Part shown: one piece after another, positions 9,979 to 20,252 of the stretch
Layout of the letters: each line of letters opens with the position of its first letter
Numbering within the stretch: the stretch's first letter is position 1
DNA from: Candidatus Omnitrophota bacterium
GTDB taxonomy: Bacteria > Omnitrophota > Gorgyraeia > Duberdicusellales > 4484-171
Direction: 5' to 3'
Length of the DNA: 64,000 nucleotides
Assembly (NCBI GenBank): GCA_024231025.1
Contig: JAAEQW010000274.1
Coordinates: 1,615-65,614 of the forward strand
Notes under the pieces: generated by a model
Database searches by the model: none
What the model saw: the letters and a program-made list of their open reading frames with translations, nothing else
What the model was told of the DNA's origin: nothing
Program-made: the position numbers and the translations under genes

Positions 9979-10926
9979 ATGAAAGCACTAAGAGATAATT
10001 GGTTAATTCAGATTGAAATTACAAATTCTTGTTTTTTGGAATGCGATAACTGCACCAGGTTCATCGGGCACCATAAAAAACCGTATTTCATGAAATTAGA
10101 AATGATAGAGCAGGCAATTGATTCCTTAGAAGGGTTTAAAGGTGGAATCGGCATTATGGGTGGTGAACCGCTAATGCACCCTGACTTTATTGACATTTGT
10201 AAACTTATACAAAAAAAAGTTCCTCGAGAAAAAAGGTATATTTGGACATCTGGATATAAGTGGAAACATTATCGCTCTATCGTCAGAAAAACTTTTGAAG
10301 AACGAGTATATTACAACGATCATCAGGGCAACGAGCAAAAGCACCAACCAGTGCTTATGGCCATCGAAGACTATTTAAAAGATAGACCTTTCATGAAAGA
10401 ACTAATTGATAAATGCTGGATTCAAGAAAAATGGTCGCCGTCAATTAACCCAAAAGGAGGATTCTTTTGCGAAGTTGCCGCAGCAATGGACATTTTGTTT
10501 GAAGGTCCAGGAGGCTACCCACTAGAAAAAGGATGGTGGGATAAAAGCCCTCAACAATTTCAAGATCAAGTAGAAAGATATTGCTACCGGTGCAGTGCTG
10601 CCTTACCCATGCCCCCAGTTTTTATCAAAAAAGGGATGGATTATGTTTCGTGCAGCAACTACAAACGTCTCAAAGATCTAAAAACGCCAAAATTCGTAAA
10701 AAATCGTGTTGAATGCGTTGAAAGAGAGTACACTAAAGCTCAAATTAATGATTATGCCAAAGATTGGCAGCCATGGTTATATTTGGGAGATGAGCCTCGA
10801 AAGAGTTTTTACGCAATGTACGGTCTTTTTGCGGGTTTTTTGGTAGCTTTTGGCAAAAAAGTTAGAAAAAGGCGAAATAAAATTAAAGAATGCCTTCACC
10901 CATCACAAAAACAATCACGCCCGTGA
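9979..10926 (+). CDS. Radical SAM protein
   Basis: CFLECDNC (CxxxCxxC), GGEP and extra C-terminal Cys; AGGAGG Shine-Dalgarno. Confidence 0.88.
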   Translation: MKALRDNWLIQIEITNSCFLECDNCTRFIGHHKKPYFMKLEMIEQAIDSLEGFKGGIGIMGGEPLMHPDFIDICKLIQKKVPREKRYIWTSGYKWKHYRSIVRKTFEERVYYNDHQGNEQKHQPVLMAIEDYLKDRPFMKELIDKCWIQEKWSPSINPKGGFFCEVAAAMDILFEGPGGYPLEKGWWDKSPQQFQDQVERYCYRCSAALPMPPVFIKKGMDYVSCSNYKRLKDLKTPKFVKNRVECVEREYTKAQINDYAKDWQPWLYLGDEPRKSFYAMYGLFAGFLVAFGKKVRKRRNKIKECLHPSQKQSRP

Positions 10927-11783
10927 AAATAGCCTTAATTTACAATAGAAACCAAAGAGTGAGAATGGGCGAGCGGTGTCAGAAAATATTAAAAAGCTAT
11001 CGACATCAAGAAATTTCACAATTTGATTTAAAGGAAGCCACCCAACTTACAAACGAATTTGACTTATATTTAAGAATTGATGACGGTTCTTACTCTGAAA
11101 GCATCCCCTCTCAATTGCATCCCTATGCTTGGTGGATATCCGATACCCATCTAAAAAAACCATTTAAAAGCATTGTCATCAACAGTCGAAATTGCGATCA
11201 TTTGTTTTGTTGCCAAAAACAAGGTGCTAAAAAATTATCCGCGATTATTAAAAAACAAGTTCACTGGCTTGCGGGAGCAGCTGACGAACTCCCTAATGAT
11301 TTTGAATTTAAATCCGATCGAGATAAAAAATGGGATATATGCTTTATTGGAACAAAAGGAAAATATAGCCTACGAAAAGTTATTTTAGAAAATTTGAAAA
11401 TAAATTATAAAAGCTTTCATATGGGGCGAGCCGAAATTGAAGAGTTAAGTGATTATTACTCTCACGGACGCATTACTGTTAATTATCCCATTAATAATGA
11501 TATTAATTTAAGATTTTTTGAAGCTATGAGCGCAGGCGCTCTAGTGATTACTCATCGAATCATAGATAATGGCTTTGAGGAAATCTTCCGCGACGGTAAG
11601 CATTTAATCGTTGTTGATGATATTTTTCAAGAGTTAAAAGAAAAAATAGATTATTATTTAAAAAATATTGAAGAACGAGAAAAGATTGCTAAAACCGCTT
11701 TTGAGTACATACACAGCCGTCATACTTATCGGCATCGTTTAATAGAAATGTTTAAAATTATGGGTTATAGTTTAGAGCAATGA
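10923..11783 (+). CDS. CgeB-like glycosyltransferase (Glyco_trans_1_2)
   Basis: DICFIG, NLRFFEA and HTYRHR motifs; GTG start overlaps the upstream TGA (GTGA). Confidence 0.82.
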   Translation: MKIALIYNRNQRVRMGERCQKILKSYRHQEISQFDLKEATQLTNEFDLYLRIDDGSYSESIPSQLHPYAWWISDTHLKKPFKSIVINSRNCDHLFCCQKQGAKKLSAIIKKQVHWLAGAADELPNDFEFKSDRDKKWDICFIGTKGKYSLRKVILENLKINYKSFHMGRAEIEELSDYYSHGRITVNYPINNDINLRFFEAMSAGALVITHRIIDNGFEEIFRDGKHLIVVDDIFQELKEKIDYYLKNIEEREKIAKTAFEYIHSRHTYRHRLIEMFKIMGYSLEQ

Positions 11784-11938
11784 AAATAAAAATCTACCAC
11801 ATTTCCACTGGATTAGAATCAAAATTCAATCTTTTTTCAAAACCATGGTATTATCGTTCTAAATTTGAAAATTGGTCAATTTTTAGAGTATTTGGGATTT
11901 ATTTCTGGGTTTATCCTCGCCAACACACCCTGCCCTTT

Positions 11939-12682
11939 TTACTTTTCTACTGAAATACCTTTAGGGGTAATCTTGAGGCTTTTTATTGCTCGCCGCATCG
12001 ATGTTAGCGGCGGAATTGGCTTGCCATTAACTTCAACCATTACGGCTGAACCATCACCTATTTTAAATTCTATTTCTTCGGTGCCGCGCCAAGTTTCGAT
12101 AACGCCTTTTCTTAAAACACCTTGGAAAAGAAGTCTTCCGTCTACATTCGCACGTAAAAAACAATCTCTTTTTACGGTTAAAGAAACAACTATTTCTCCT
12201 GAATCAAAATCAGAAACCAATAAAGCTTTTGCTTGCGGTTTCGATTTCTGTGTTGGTATCGAGCTTTGAACCGATTTCTTTTGCGCCGATGAAACAGGTT
12301 TAGGTTTAGACGTAAATATTTTGCCAACACACCCAACCATCCCAATAAAAATACGCAAGACAATCAGTCCCACAACTACATATATAATTACTTTCTTACT
12401 ATAAGAAGGAATAACCGGGCCCTTTAAGCGAAGTTTTTTCTCTGGTGGTGTCTTTTTGGGTGCCGAGAGTTCCTCTAGCGCATTGCCTAAATCAATTCCC
12501 AAAAAACCAGCATATATTTTTATAAAACCTTTTAGATAAGCCGGACATATATTGGAAAAATCACCCGCTTCAATATCCCTAATTACTGAAGGATGCAGTT
12601 TCGTTTTATCAACGATATTTTCAGTACGAAGCCCCAGCGATTTTCTTTTCTCTTTTAATTTTACACATACTTCTTGTATCAT
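11939..12682 (-). CDS. rodZ: Cytoskeleton protein RodZ-like (HTH, TM, DUF4115)
   Basis: YLKGFIKIYAGFLG HTH signature, one TM and a C-terminal beta domain; lies between ftsK and rimO. Confidence 0.85.
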   Translation of the reverse strand: MIQEVCVKLKEKRKSLGLRTENIVDKTKLHPSVIRDIEAGDFSNICPAYLKGFIKIYAGFLGIDLGNALEELSAPKKTPPEKKLRLKGPVIPSYSKKVIIYVVVGLIVLRIFIGMVGCVGKIFTSKPKPVSSAQKKSVQSSIPTQKSKPQAKALLVSDFDSGEIVVSLTVKRDCFLRANVDGRLLFQGVLRKGVIETWRGTEEIEFKIGDGSAVMVEVNGKPIPPLTSMRRAIKSLKITPKGISVEK

Positions 12683-12683
12683 T

Positions 12684-14903
12684 TTATTCTATATTTTGTT
12701 CGGCAAAATACTGTTGAGAATCAACCAAAATCTCTCTCGCTTTACTGCCACAAAATTGACCAACGATTCCGGCCTGTTCCATTAAATCTAAGAGTCTCGC
12801 CGCACGAGTATACCCAACCCGCAAGCGACGCTGCAAGATTGATGCGGATGCCTGGTTGGCTGACAAAACAACTTTTACCGCATCATCGAAAAGTTCATCA
12901 CTTCCTACATCAAATTTTCTTCTCTTTTCGACTGTCTCGATTCCTTTTTCATAAACCGGCGCGCCCTGTTCCCTAATAAAAGTCGTCAAATTATCAATAT
13001 CTTCATCATCAATAAAAGCACCCTGGGCTCGAATAAGTTTTGTTGCCCCCGGTTTTAAAAATAAAAGATCTCCCTTGCCAAGAAGTTTCTCTGCACCCAT
13101 TATATCTAATACCGTGCGTGAATCAACCTTAGTTGCCACTTTAAATCCTATTCTTGCCGGAAAATTTGCCTTAATTATGCCAGTAATAACATCTACAGAT
13201 GGACGCTGAGTCGCTAAAACAAGGTGAATCCCAACAGCGCGAGATAGTTGCGCTAGGCGCTGGATTGAAGTTTCAACGCTTTCTCTGGCAACAATCATAA
13301 GATCAGCCAATTCATCAACGACAATAACAATAAAAGACATCCGGTCATTTTTACGACCTTTATTGTAACCGTCAATATTTCTCGCACCAGCTCCAGCTAG
13401 CCTTTTATAACGACGCTCCATTTCTTCTACCGCCCAGCTTAGGGCAACAAAGGCTTTTTTTGCATCTGAAATTATTGGGTGTATCAAGTGTGGAATACCG
13501 CTATAACAAGCAAGTTCAACCATTTTGGGATCAATCATAATAAATTTAACCTCATCGGGACGCGCTTTAAAAAGAATTGATGAAATTAAAGAATTAACAC
13601 ACACTGTTTTCCCTGATCCTGTTGCGCCAGCAATAAGAAGATGCGGCATTTCCTTAAGATTAGCGACAACCGGATTGCCAGACACATCTTTTCCAATTGC
13701 CATTGAAAGTTTTGATTCTGCTTTTTGAAAATTATCCTCTTCTAAAACTTCGCGCATTGAAACAAGGAGTTTCTTATCATTCGGTATTTCGACACCAATT
13801 GTTCCTCTCCCGGCAAGAGGGGCAACAATTCTCACCGAAGCCGCCTTCATTGCCAAGGCAATATCGTCGTGCAATGTAGAAATTTTCTGAATCTTCACCC
13901 CAGCATCAGGCTGCAATTCATACATCGTTACAACCGGACCTTTCTGCACGCTCACCACTTTTGCCTCTACTCCATAATTAGAAAGCGCTTTTTCAAGGTC
14001 TTTAATATTGGCTTCGATATTTTCTTTAGTGCCTTCGGCGTCTTGATGCTCAGGGATTTTTAAAATATCGATTGAAGGAAAACGATAAGTTCTTGGGTCG
14101 AACTGAACTCTATCAGGCTCTTCCAGAGCTTCTATTTTCTTTTTTGCCTCTTCCTGCGTTATAGGCAATGGCGATAGAGCAGCTTTCCTTTTTGTTTTTG
14201 CCAAATCCGGCTTCGAAGGTGTATAAACTTTTATTTCCGGCTTTATCGCTTGTTTTGGTTGTGGCTTTTTGATCTGTATTGGTGATAATGTTTTTTTCTG
14301 TTTAGATTTTACTGGTTTTTCAGATGCCGCTTCTCTTTCTTCTTTCCACTGCTCTATTGTATCCTGCAAATTCGTCCATAAGCGTTGAGTCATATGAAAT
14401 AGATCTACTAAAAACAAACCGAAAAGCAGGAGTGCTGTAATCGCCAAAAGAAAAGTTACAACAATTAAGGAACCGTAAAAATTGAGGTACTTAATAAAAA
14501 GACCGGCAATAAAAAACCCTGCCGCGCCTGATAAATCAAACATTGCGCTAGGTGTTTTTGCAAATATACCGATAAATGCGGAAAGAAATAATAAGAATAA
14601 AAGAAAGGAAATGAAATTAACCAATTTGCTCTTGCCCAGTCCAAAAAAACGAACCACGCCCAGCGCACTCCATCCCAAAAAGAAAAGATAGAATGGTAGA
14701 AAATAAGAGGCATACCCAAATAGAAAGAAAAGCGCAAAGCCAAGATAGGCACCAATCAATCCAATAAAATTATGTAAAACTTTTGGCGAAGGTTGAAAAA
14801 GAAAACTAATATCAGCTGGGGTATAAGAAAACAAACTTAAAAAAATTATCAAAGACAAACCGAAAAACACAGCGGTCTTTAAATAAGAAGATAAGTTTTT
14901 CAT
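12684..14903 (-). CDS. ftsK: DNA translocase FtsK
   Basis: N-terminal TMs, PHLLIAGATGSGKT, LATQRPSVDV and gamma domain LQRRLRVGYTRAARL. Confidence 0.97.
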   Translation of the reverse strand: MKNLSSYLKTAVFFGLSLIIFLSLFSYTPADISFLFQPSPKVLHNFIGLIGAYLGFALFFLFGYASYFLPFYLFFLGWSALGVVRFFGLGKSKLVNFISFLLFLLFLSAFIGIFAKTPSAMFDLSGAAGFFIAGLFIKYLNFYGSLIVVTFLLAITALLLFGLFLVDLFHMTQRLWTNLQDTIEQWKEEREAASEKPVKSKQKKTLSPIQIKKPQPKQAIKPEIKVYTPSKPDLAKTKRKAALSPLPITQEEAKKKIEALEEPDRVQFDPRTYRFPSIDILKIPEHQDAEGTKENIEANIKDLEKALSNYGVEAKVVSVQKGPVVTMYELQPDAGVKIQKISTLHDDIALAMKAASVRIVAPLAGRGTIGVEIPNDKKLLVSMREVLEEDNFQKAESKLSMAIGKDVSGNPVVANLKEMPHLLIAGATGSGKTVCVNSLISSILFKARPDEVKFIMIDPKMVELACYSGIPHLIHPIISDAKKAFVALSWAVEEMERRYKRLAGAGARNIDGYNKGRKNDRMSFIVIVVDELADLMIVARESVETSIQRLAQLSRAVGIHLVLATQRPSVDVITGIIKANFPARIGFKVATKVDSRTVLDIMGAEKLLGKGDLLFLKPGATKLIRAQGAFIDDEDIDNLTTFIREQGAPVYEKGIETVEKRRKFDVGSDELFDDAVKVVLSANQASASILQRRLRVGYTRAARLLDLMEQAGIVGQFCGSKAREILVDSQQYFAEQNIE

Positions 14904-14922
14904 AATGAAGGAAGATTGAGGT

Positions 14923-17022
14923 TTATTTCGCTTGCTTGATACTCAGGTTAATTCGTCCCTGATTATCTATTCCGATAACTTTTACAGTTACATCATCGCC
15001 CTCTTTCAGCACTGAGGTAACATCCTTAACATACTCATCAGAAATCTCAGATACATGGACCAATCCGCTCTTGCCAGGAGCAATTTCGCAAAATGCCCCA
15101 AAATTGGCAATTCGAGCAACTTTCGCTTCATAAACGTCTCCCACTTCAATATCTCTAATTAAGGTGAGAATTTGCTTAGTTGCCCGCTCTAGATCTTCAT
15201 CGGTTTGAGCAACCACAAATACTTTTTCAGCTTCATCGTCAATGTCAATGTTAACGTTGTTTTCACTAGATAGCCTGCGAATGTTCTTACCACCCGGTCC
15301 GATAACTGCTCCAATTTTATCCGGATCAATTTTAAAAGACTTTATCTTAGGTGCATATAGAGACAATTTTTCGTTTGGCTTTGAAATAGCCTCGGTCATC
15401 TTGTCTAAAATACTTAACCGCGCCTTTTTGGCACAAGCTAAGGTTTCTTCGATCATTTCATATGTAATACCGTCTATTTTTATATCAAGCTGAACAGCAA
15501 CTATGCCTTGCTTTGTGCCAGCTACTTTAAAATCCATATCACCACAATGATCTTCAACACCAGCAATATCGGTAAGCACCTTGAACTCATCTTTCTGACA
15601 AAAAAGCCCCATTGCAATTCCGGCAACTGGTTCTTTAATCGGCACACCGGCATCCATCAAAGAAAGCGTTGCGGCACATACTGTTGCCATGCTTGAAGAA
15701 CCATTTGATTCCAAAATTTCTGAACAAACTCGTATCGTATAAGGGAACTCTTCTCTGTCAGGCAATACTTTAAAAACTGATTTCTCAGCTAGCGTTCCAT
15801 GGCCAATATCGCGACGCGATGGCCCGCGCATTGGTTTTACCTCGCCCACACTAAAAGGAGGAAAACTGTAGTGCAACATGAAACGTTTTGAGGTTCTTCC
15901 CTCTAAAGACTCAACTGTTTGCGCATCAGATGCCCCACCCAAAGTAACAATGCCAAGAGCTTGAGTCTGGCCCCTTGTGAACACAGCCGACCCATGAGTG
16001 CGCGGCAAAACAGACGTTTCGCAATTAATTTGGCGAATTTCATCTACCCCTCTTCCATCGGGACGCTTGCCGTCTTTGACTATTCGTTCACGGACAAATG
16101 CTTCTTCTATTTCAAAAAAGATACTTTTGATTTCTGATTCAGGTTTTTCTGACTTTATCACTACCGGAGGATTTTCTACCAGCAACAGCCCCTTTAGAAA
16201 ATCTAAATGCTCTTTTGCCTGTGCATCCGCGTCTTCTTTCTTAAAAGATGTTCCATATTTTTCCTTAAGACGAGGTAGTGTTTTTTCCTCTATGAATTTA
16301 ACTAACTCTTCATTTATAATCGGAGCGGCAACTTCCTTTTTAGGCTTTGCGCATTTTTCCTGCAAATCTTTCTGTAGTTTAATTATTTCTTCTATATGCC
16401 CTTTGGCAAATTTTACCGCTTCTAAGACTACGCTCTCTTGAGTTTGGTCGAATCCTCCTTCAAGCATAACGACTCCCTTATCAGAACCAACAACAACCAA
16501 ATCAATTAGGGATTCTTCTCTTTCTTTATATGTTGGGTTTACAACAAAGTCATTGCCACACTTAGCAATTCTAACCGCGGCAATCGGTCCATTAAAAGGG
16601 ATATCCGAAATTAGAAGCGCCGCACTTACCGCATTAATCGCAACTACGTCTGGATCATTTTCTCCATCGCTAGATAGAACAGTTGCCACAACTTGAATTT
16701 CATTTAAAAACCCTTTTGGAAAAAGCGGCCTAATCGGCCGATCAATCAAGCGTGATGTAAGAATTTCGGCATCTTTGGGCCGACCTTCTTTTTTATAAAA
16801 TCCTCCGGGGATCTTACCCATCGCGTAAGTTTTTTCTTGGTAATCTACAAACAAAGGAAAAAATCCAATATCCTTAGGTTCTTTGGACATACAAACAGTA
16901 GCAAGCACCATGCTATCACCTAAAGACATGGTCACACTCCCACTAGCTTGTTTGGCCCAACTACCGCTTGATACAGTTAGCGGGCTCCTTTCTGAATTTG
17001 AAATGGAAAGGGAAACGCTCAT
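14923..17022 (-). CDS. pnp: Polyribonucleotide nucleotidyltransferase
   Basis: RLIDRPIRPLF, SNGSSSMA, GDMDFKVAG; KH and S1 domains. Confidence 0.98.
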   Translation of the reverse strand: MSVSLSISNSERSPLTVSSGSWAKQASGSVTMSLGDSMVLATVCMSKEPKDIGFFPLFVDYQEKTYAMGKIPGGFYKKEGRPKDAEILTSRLIDRPIRPLFPKGFLNEIQVVATVLSSDGENDPDVVAINAVSAALLISDIPFNGPIAAVRIAKCGNDFVVNPTYKEREESLIDLVVVGSDKGVVMLEGGFDQTQESVVLEAVKFAKGHIEEIIKLQKDLQEKCAKPKKEVAAPIINEELVKFIEEKTLPRLKEKYGTSFKKEDADAQAKEHLDFLKGLLLVENPPVVIKSEKPESEIKSIFFEIEEAFVRERIVKDGKRPDGRGVDEIRQINCETSVLPRTHGSAVFTRGQTQALGIVTLGGASDAQTVESLEGRTSKRFMLHYSFPPFSVGEVKPMRGPSRRDIGHGTLAEKSVFKVLPDREEFPYTIRVCSEILESNGSSSMATVCAATLSLMDAGVPIKEPVAGIAMGLFCQKDEFKVLTDIAGVEDHCGDMDFKVAGTKQGIVAVQLDIKIDGITYEMIEETLACAKKARLSILDKMTEAISKPNEKLSLYAPKIKSFKIDPDKIGAVIGPGGKNIRRLSSENNVNIDIDDEAEKVFVVAQTDEDLERATKQILTLIRDIEVGDVYEAKVARIANFGAFCEIAPGKSGLVHVSEISDEYVKDVTSVLKEGDDVTVKVIGIDNQGRINLSIKQAK

Positions 17023-17023
17023 A

Positions 17024-17290
17024 TTACTTTTTGAGGTTAAGTTCCTTTAAGACCTCGCTGTAGCTTTGCAGATCTTGCTTCTTTAAATAATCAAGCAACC
17101 TACGACGCCTTCCTACAAGCAATAAAAGACCGCGGCGGGTATGAAAATCCTTTTTATGCTTCTTAAGATGCTCGGTTAAATACTTGATCCTCTCCGAAAG
17201 TAAAGCAACCTGAACAGAGGCAGACCCGGTATCTTCCGGATGCTTCTTAAACTTTTCGATGATGTTTTTCTTCCTACTCTTGGCTAACAT
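17024..17290 (-). CDS. rpsO: 30S ribosomal protein S15
   Basis: DTGSASVQVALL...HKKDFHTRRGLL. Confidence 0.98.
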   Translation of the reverse strand: MLAKSRKKNIIEKFKKHPEDTGSASVQVALLSERIKYLTEHLKKHKKDFHTRRGLLLLVGRRRRLLDYLKKQDLQSYSEVLKELNLKK

Positions 17291-17297
17291 ATCCTAT

Positions 17298-17326
17298 ATA
17301 ATACCTGCTTCACCCCGCTATGTCAA
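17298..17326 (-). promoter_or_regulatory. Sigma-70 promoter of rpsO-pnp, probably leaderless
   Basis: TTGACA-17 bp-TATTAT, with the ATG 7 nt after the -10. Confidence 0.7.
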
Positions 17327-17380
17327 GGGGATATTATTCAGCAAAATAGGTATTTTTTACCTATTTTTGACCAAAAATCC

Positions 17381-17581
17381 TTATTTTTCAAGCTCTTTTA
17401 CGATTTTCTTCACCTGAAGCTCGGTTTTACTAATTTTATCTTGGCATATTTTAATAAGCTCCGCCGCCCTCTTAACCTTGCAAGAGACCTGATCGACATC
17501 TATTTTCTCAGATTCCAGATCTTCCAAAATAAGATTGAGCTCATCCATTGCTTCATTATACTTTAAAATTTTTTTGCTCAT
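17381..17581 (-). CDS. xseB: Exodeoxyribonuclease VII small subunit
   Basis: YNEAMDEL..I...LE pattern; follows xseA. Confidence 0.9.
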   Translation of the reverse strand: MSKKILKYNEAMDELNLILEDLESEKIDVDQVSCKVKRAAELIKICQDKISKTELQVKKIVKELEK

Positions 17582-17584
17582 AAA

Positions 17585-18886
17585 CTACTCCTTCTCTTTG
17601 ACTTGCGAAATTAAACTACCGTCACACAACACAATCTTGATCTTATCTCCTCTATTGGCATCATCAATGCTTTTTATTATCTTTTCGTTTTTATAAACGA
17701 TAGAGTACCCCCTTTTTAAGATATTTTTTGGATTAAGCAGCTCTACCCTTTTTTTGATATAATTTAAGTTGTTTTGAGCAAATAATAGCATCTTTTTTAC
17801 ATTTGGCAATAAACTTTTCTCGATGCGTTGCAGATTAACTGCGTAACTCTCTAATTTTTGCAAAAAACTTACTATGACATGTTTTTTCTTTAGAAGGTCT
17901 TCGCGGTGCAGACGAAAATATTCAGGTAACTTAGCATTCATTTCTAAAGCTTTCTCTTTTAGATCGCGCCGACTGTTTTCTAAAAAAGAACCGGCTTGTT
18001 CTTCTATCTGCTGAGTAACATACTCGAGTTGATAGACGCACTCTTTAACTTTTTCCACAAAAAAATCTGCCGCCTTAGTTGGTGTTTTCACAGAAACATT
18101 CGCAACCATATCGGTAATTGTGGTATTTATTTGATGCCCTAAGGCACTGACTAGGGCAAAAGGAAAAAGAGCAACCGCTTCTGCGATTATTTTGTTATCA
18201 AAAAAACTCAAATCACTGGTTGATCCGCCTCCTCTTGTAATAACAACACTATCGAGATCTTCTTTTTTAAGAATATTTAATGCCGAGATGATATCGCCCT
18301 CAACGCAAGCACCCTGCATATGCGAATCACACAACAGCACTTTGAATCCGAAACCGCTCATCTTTAGTTCATTAATAAAATCATGGCAAGCAGCAGATGA
18401 AGCAGAAGTTATTAACCCGATCTTTAAGGGAAGCCTGGGTATTGTTAGAAGTTTATTATTTTCAAAAATTCCTTTTGCCTTTAATTCATTTATTATTCGC
18501 TGACGATTTTGGGCTATTTTTCCTAAAGTATAAACCGGGTCAATGTCGCTAACTATTAATCGGCATTGACCCGATTTACTATAAAAATCAACCCGACAAA
18601 GAAATTTAACCTCAATATCTTCGCGTAGCTTAAAATCTGTTTTACTTTTTTTTATTGTAGCTGCAATTCTGCTCTTTGTATTTTCAAAAATTACCGCCCC
18701 CATCTGCGCCAAAATAGCATCGGAATCGGGATCTTTTTGAACAAGATTAAAAAATATATGTTTTCTGTTTTTCTTGGTTTCATAATCTTGGATCTCACCA
18801 CAAACCCAAACATAGGACGCAAACTCTCCTCTGATTGCTTCCTTAATCGCCTCGTTCATCTGTAAAATTGTGTAAATTTTTTGCAT
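17585..18886 (-). CDS. xseA: Exodeoxyribonuclease VII large subunit
   Basis: VWVCGEI, RGGGS..DL, TPTKAA and ILKRGYSIV; start set at ATG 18886. Confidence 0.94.
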   Translation of the reverse strand: MQKIYTILQMNEAIKEAIRGEFASYVWVCGEIQDYETKKNRKHIFFNLVQKDPDSDAILAQMGAVIFENTKSRIAATIKKSKTDFKLREDIEVKFLCRVDFYSKSGQCRLIVSDIDPVYTLGKIAQNRQRIINELKAKGIFENNKLLTIPRLPLKIGLITSASSAACHDFINELKMSGFGFKVLLCDSHMQGACVEGDIISALNILKKEDLDSVVITRGGGSTSDLSFFDNKIIAEAVALFPFALVSALGHQINTTITDMVANVSVKTPTKAADFFVEKVKECVYQLEYVTQQIEEQAGSFLENSRRDLKEKALEMNAKLPEYFRLHREDLLKKKHVIVSFLQKLESYAVNLQRIEKSLLPNVKKMLLFAQNNLNYIKKRVELLNPKNILKRGYSIVYKNEKIIKSIDDANRGDKIKIVLCDGSLISQVKEKE

Positions 18887-18967
18887 CTGCACGCGCTTCA
18901 ATGGTTTACCAAATAAATAGATTTTGTTGTTAGGGTAATTTCTGCGGATGAATATTCTTTGTAGTGC

Positions 18968-19318
18968 TTACAAAGAATCAATGATTTCCATAAGTTCGCC
19001 TAAAATTATTGGCTTTAGAAGATACCTTTCAGCACCTAGTTCTGCTGCGCGTTGTTGAAAATGCTTATTATCATTGCCGGTGATAAAAATTACCCTTGCT
19101 TCTTCATCAATTTTTTTTAACTGTTCAAAAACATCAAGGCCATTTAAATCGGGTAATTTAATGTCGAGAAAAACCGCATCCAGTGAGGCCTCTTTAAAGA
19201 TTTTTATTGCTTGCGCTCCTGTAGCCGCTTTATGCACTTCAACACCTCTTCTTTCTAGGGCACTACTTAAATCTTCTCTCATTGAACTTGCGTCGTCTAC
19301 TAACAATATTCTTTTCAT
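18968..19318 (-). CDS. Single-domain response regulator
   Basis: LLVDD, FLDIKLP, ITG and KP receiver motifs. Confidence 0.92.
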   Translation of the reverse strand: MKRILLVDDASSMREDLSSALERRGVEVHKAATGAQAIKIFKEASLDAVFLDIKLPDLNGLDVFEQLKKIDEEARVIFITGNDNKHFQQRAAELGAERYLLKPIILGELMEIIDSL

Positions 19319-19351
19319 TCTTTCCTCCTGGTATAATCTTTAATTTTGTCA

Positions 19352-19492
19352 AAAATTACAATATACAATACACAAATAACAAACAAATCACAATTCCAAA
19401 TGATCAAACCATCAAACAAAATAAAATAATATTGTTTTGTTCATTGGATTTTTGGTAATTGGACATTGTTTGTGATTTGTAATTTGTAATTT
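19352..19492. repeat. Imperfect inverted array of 7-8-nt units
   Basis: Left arm of ACAAAT/ACAAT units, right arm of ATTTGT/ATTGG units; intergenic. Confidence 0.7.
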
Positions 19493-19514
19493 AATATTTA
19501 GTGTTAAAACGTCT

Positions 19515-20204
19515 CTAAACATTAAATCTTATTTCGATAATATCGCCGTCCTTAATTATATAGTCTTTACCAACAAGGGCAACCAATCCCTTAGTTTTTG
19601 CCGCCTGCATATTGTGCTCGCCAATAAAATTATCAAAACTTACAATATCGGCTTTAATAAACCCTCTAGCTAAATCGGAATGAATCTTTCCTGCACAACT
19701 AACAATATCGGAGCCTTTATCAACCGGCCACGCTCTAACTTCCTTTTCTCCGGCAGTATAGAAGAAAACTGTTTCTGCTTTTTGAAGTAACTTCTCAACT
19801 ATATCACTTGCTTCTGGTTCATTTTCTTCTATTATTGTTGGTTTTAAGCTGTAAGGGGCGATCATCTTTATGATCGCGCTTTCTTCGGGGGTAAAAACAA
19901 CATCGCAAAGCGGAACTTCTTCTTCTAACTTAGCCATACATTTCTTTATCAGCTCTTTTTCTTGTGCGCTTTCCGTTCTTTGAGAGCGCGTATCAAGCTT
20001 ATCCATATCAAGAATGAATAAATCCAAGGTTTTCTCGCGAGATAAAACTATGCCGTCACTTTTTTCGAAATCCCCTTTGATAAATTCAACAAAAAAAGGC
20101 GTAACTTTTTTAGGCGAAAATTTATCAGCCAAAGCCTTCAATCTCTCATCGTTGTACTTAACTTTTCCCTCTAATAAATCAAACCCTAAAAAACTTATTT
20201 TCAT
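19515..20204 (-). CDS. Shortened YchF-like protein (DUF933/TGS C-terminus, no P-loop)
   Basis: FFYTAGEKEVRAW, AGKIHSDLARGFIKA and YIIKDGDIIEIRFNV; no GxxxxGKS. Confidence 0.85.
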   Translation of the reverse strand: MKISFLGFDLLEGKVKYNDERLKALADKFSPKKVTPFFVEFIKGDFEKSDGIVLSREKTLDLFILDMDKLDTRSQRTESAQEKELIKKCMAKLEEEVPLCDVVFTPEESAIIKMIAPYSLKPTIIEENEPEASDIVEKLLQKAETVFFYTAGEKEVRAWPVDKGSDIVSCAGKIHSDLARGFIKADIVSFDNFIGEHNMQAAKTKGLVALVGKDYIIKDGDIIEIRFNV

Positions 20205-20252
20205 TAGAAACTAGCCTTTCTGTTTATCGCACTTATTGTGCTAATTGTAATG

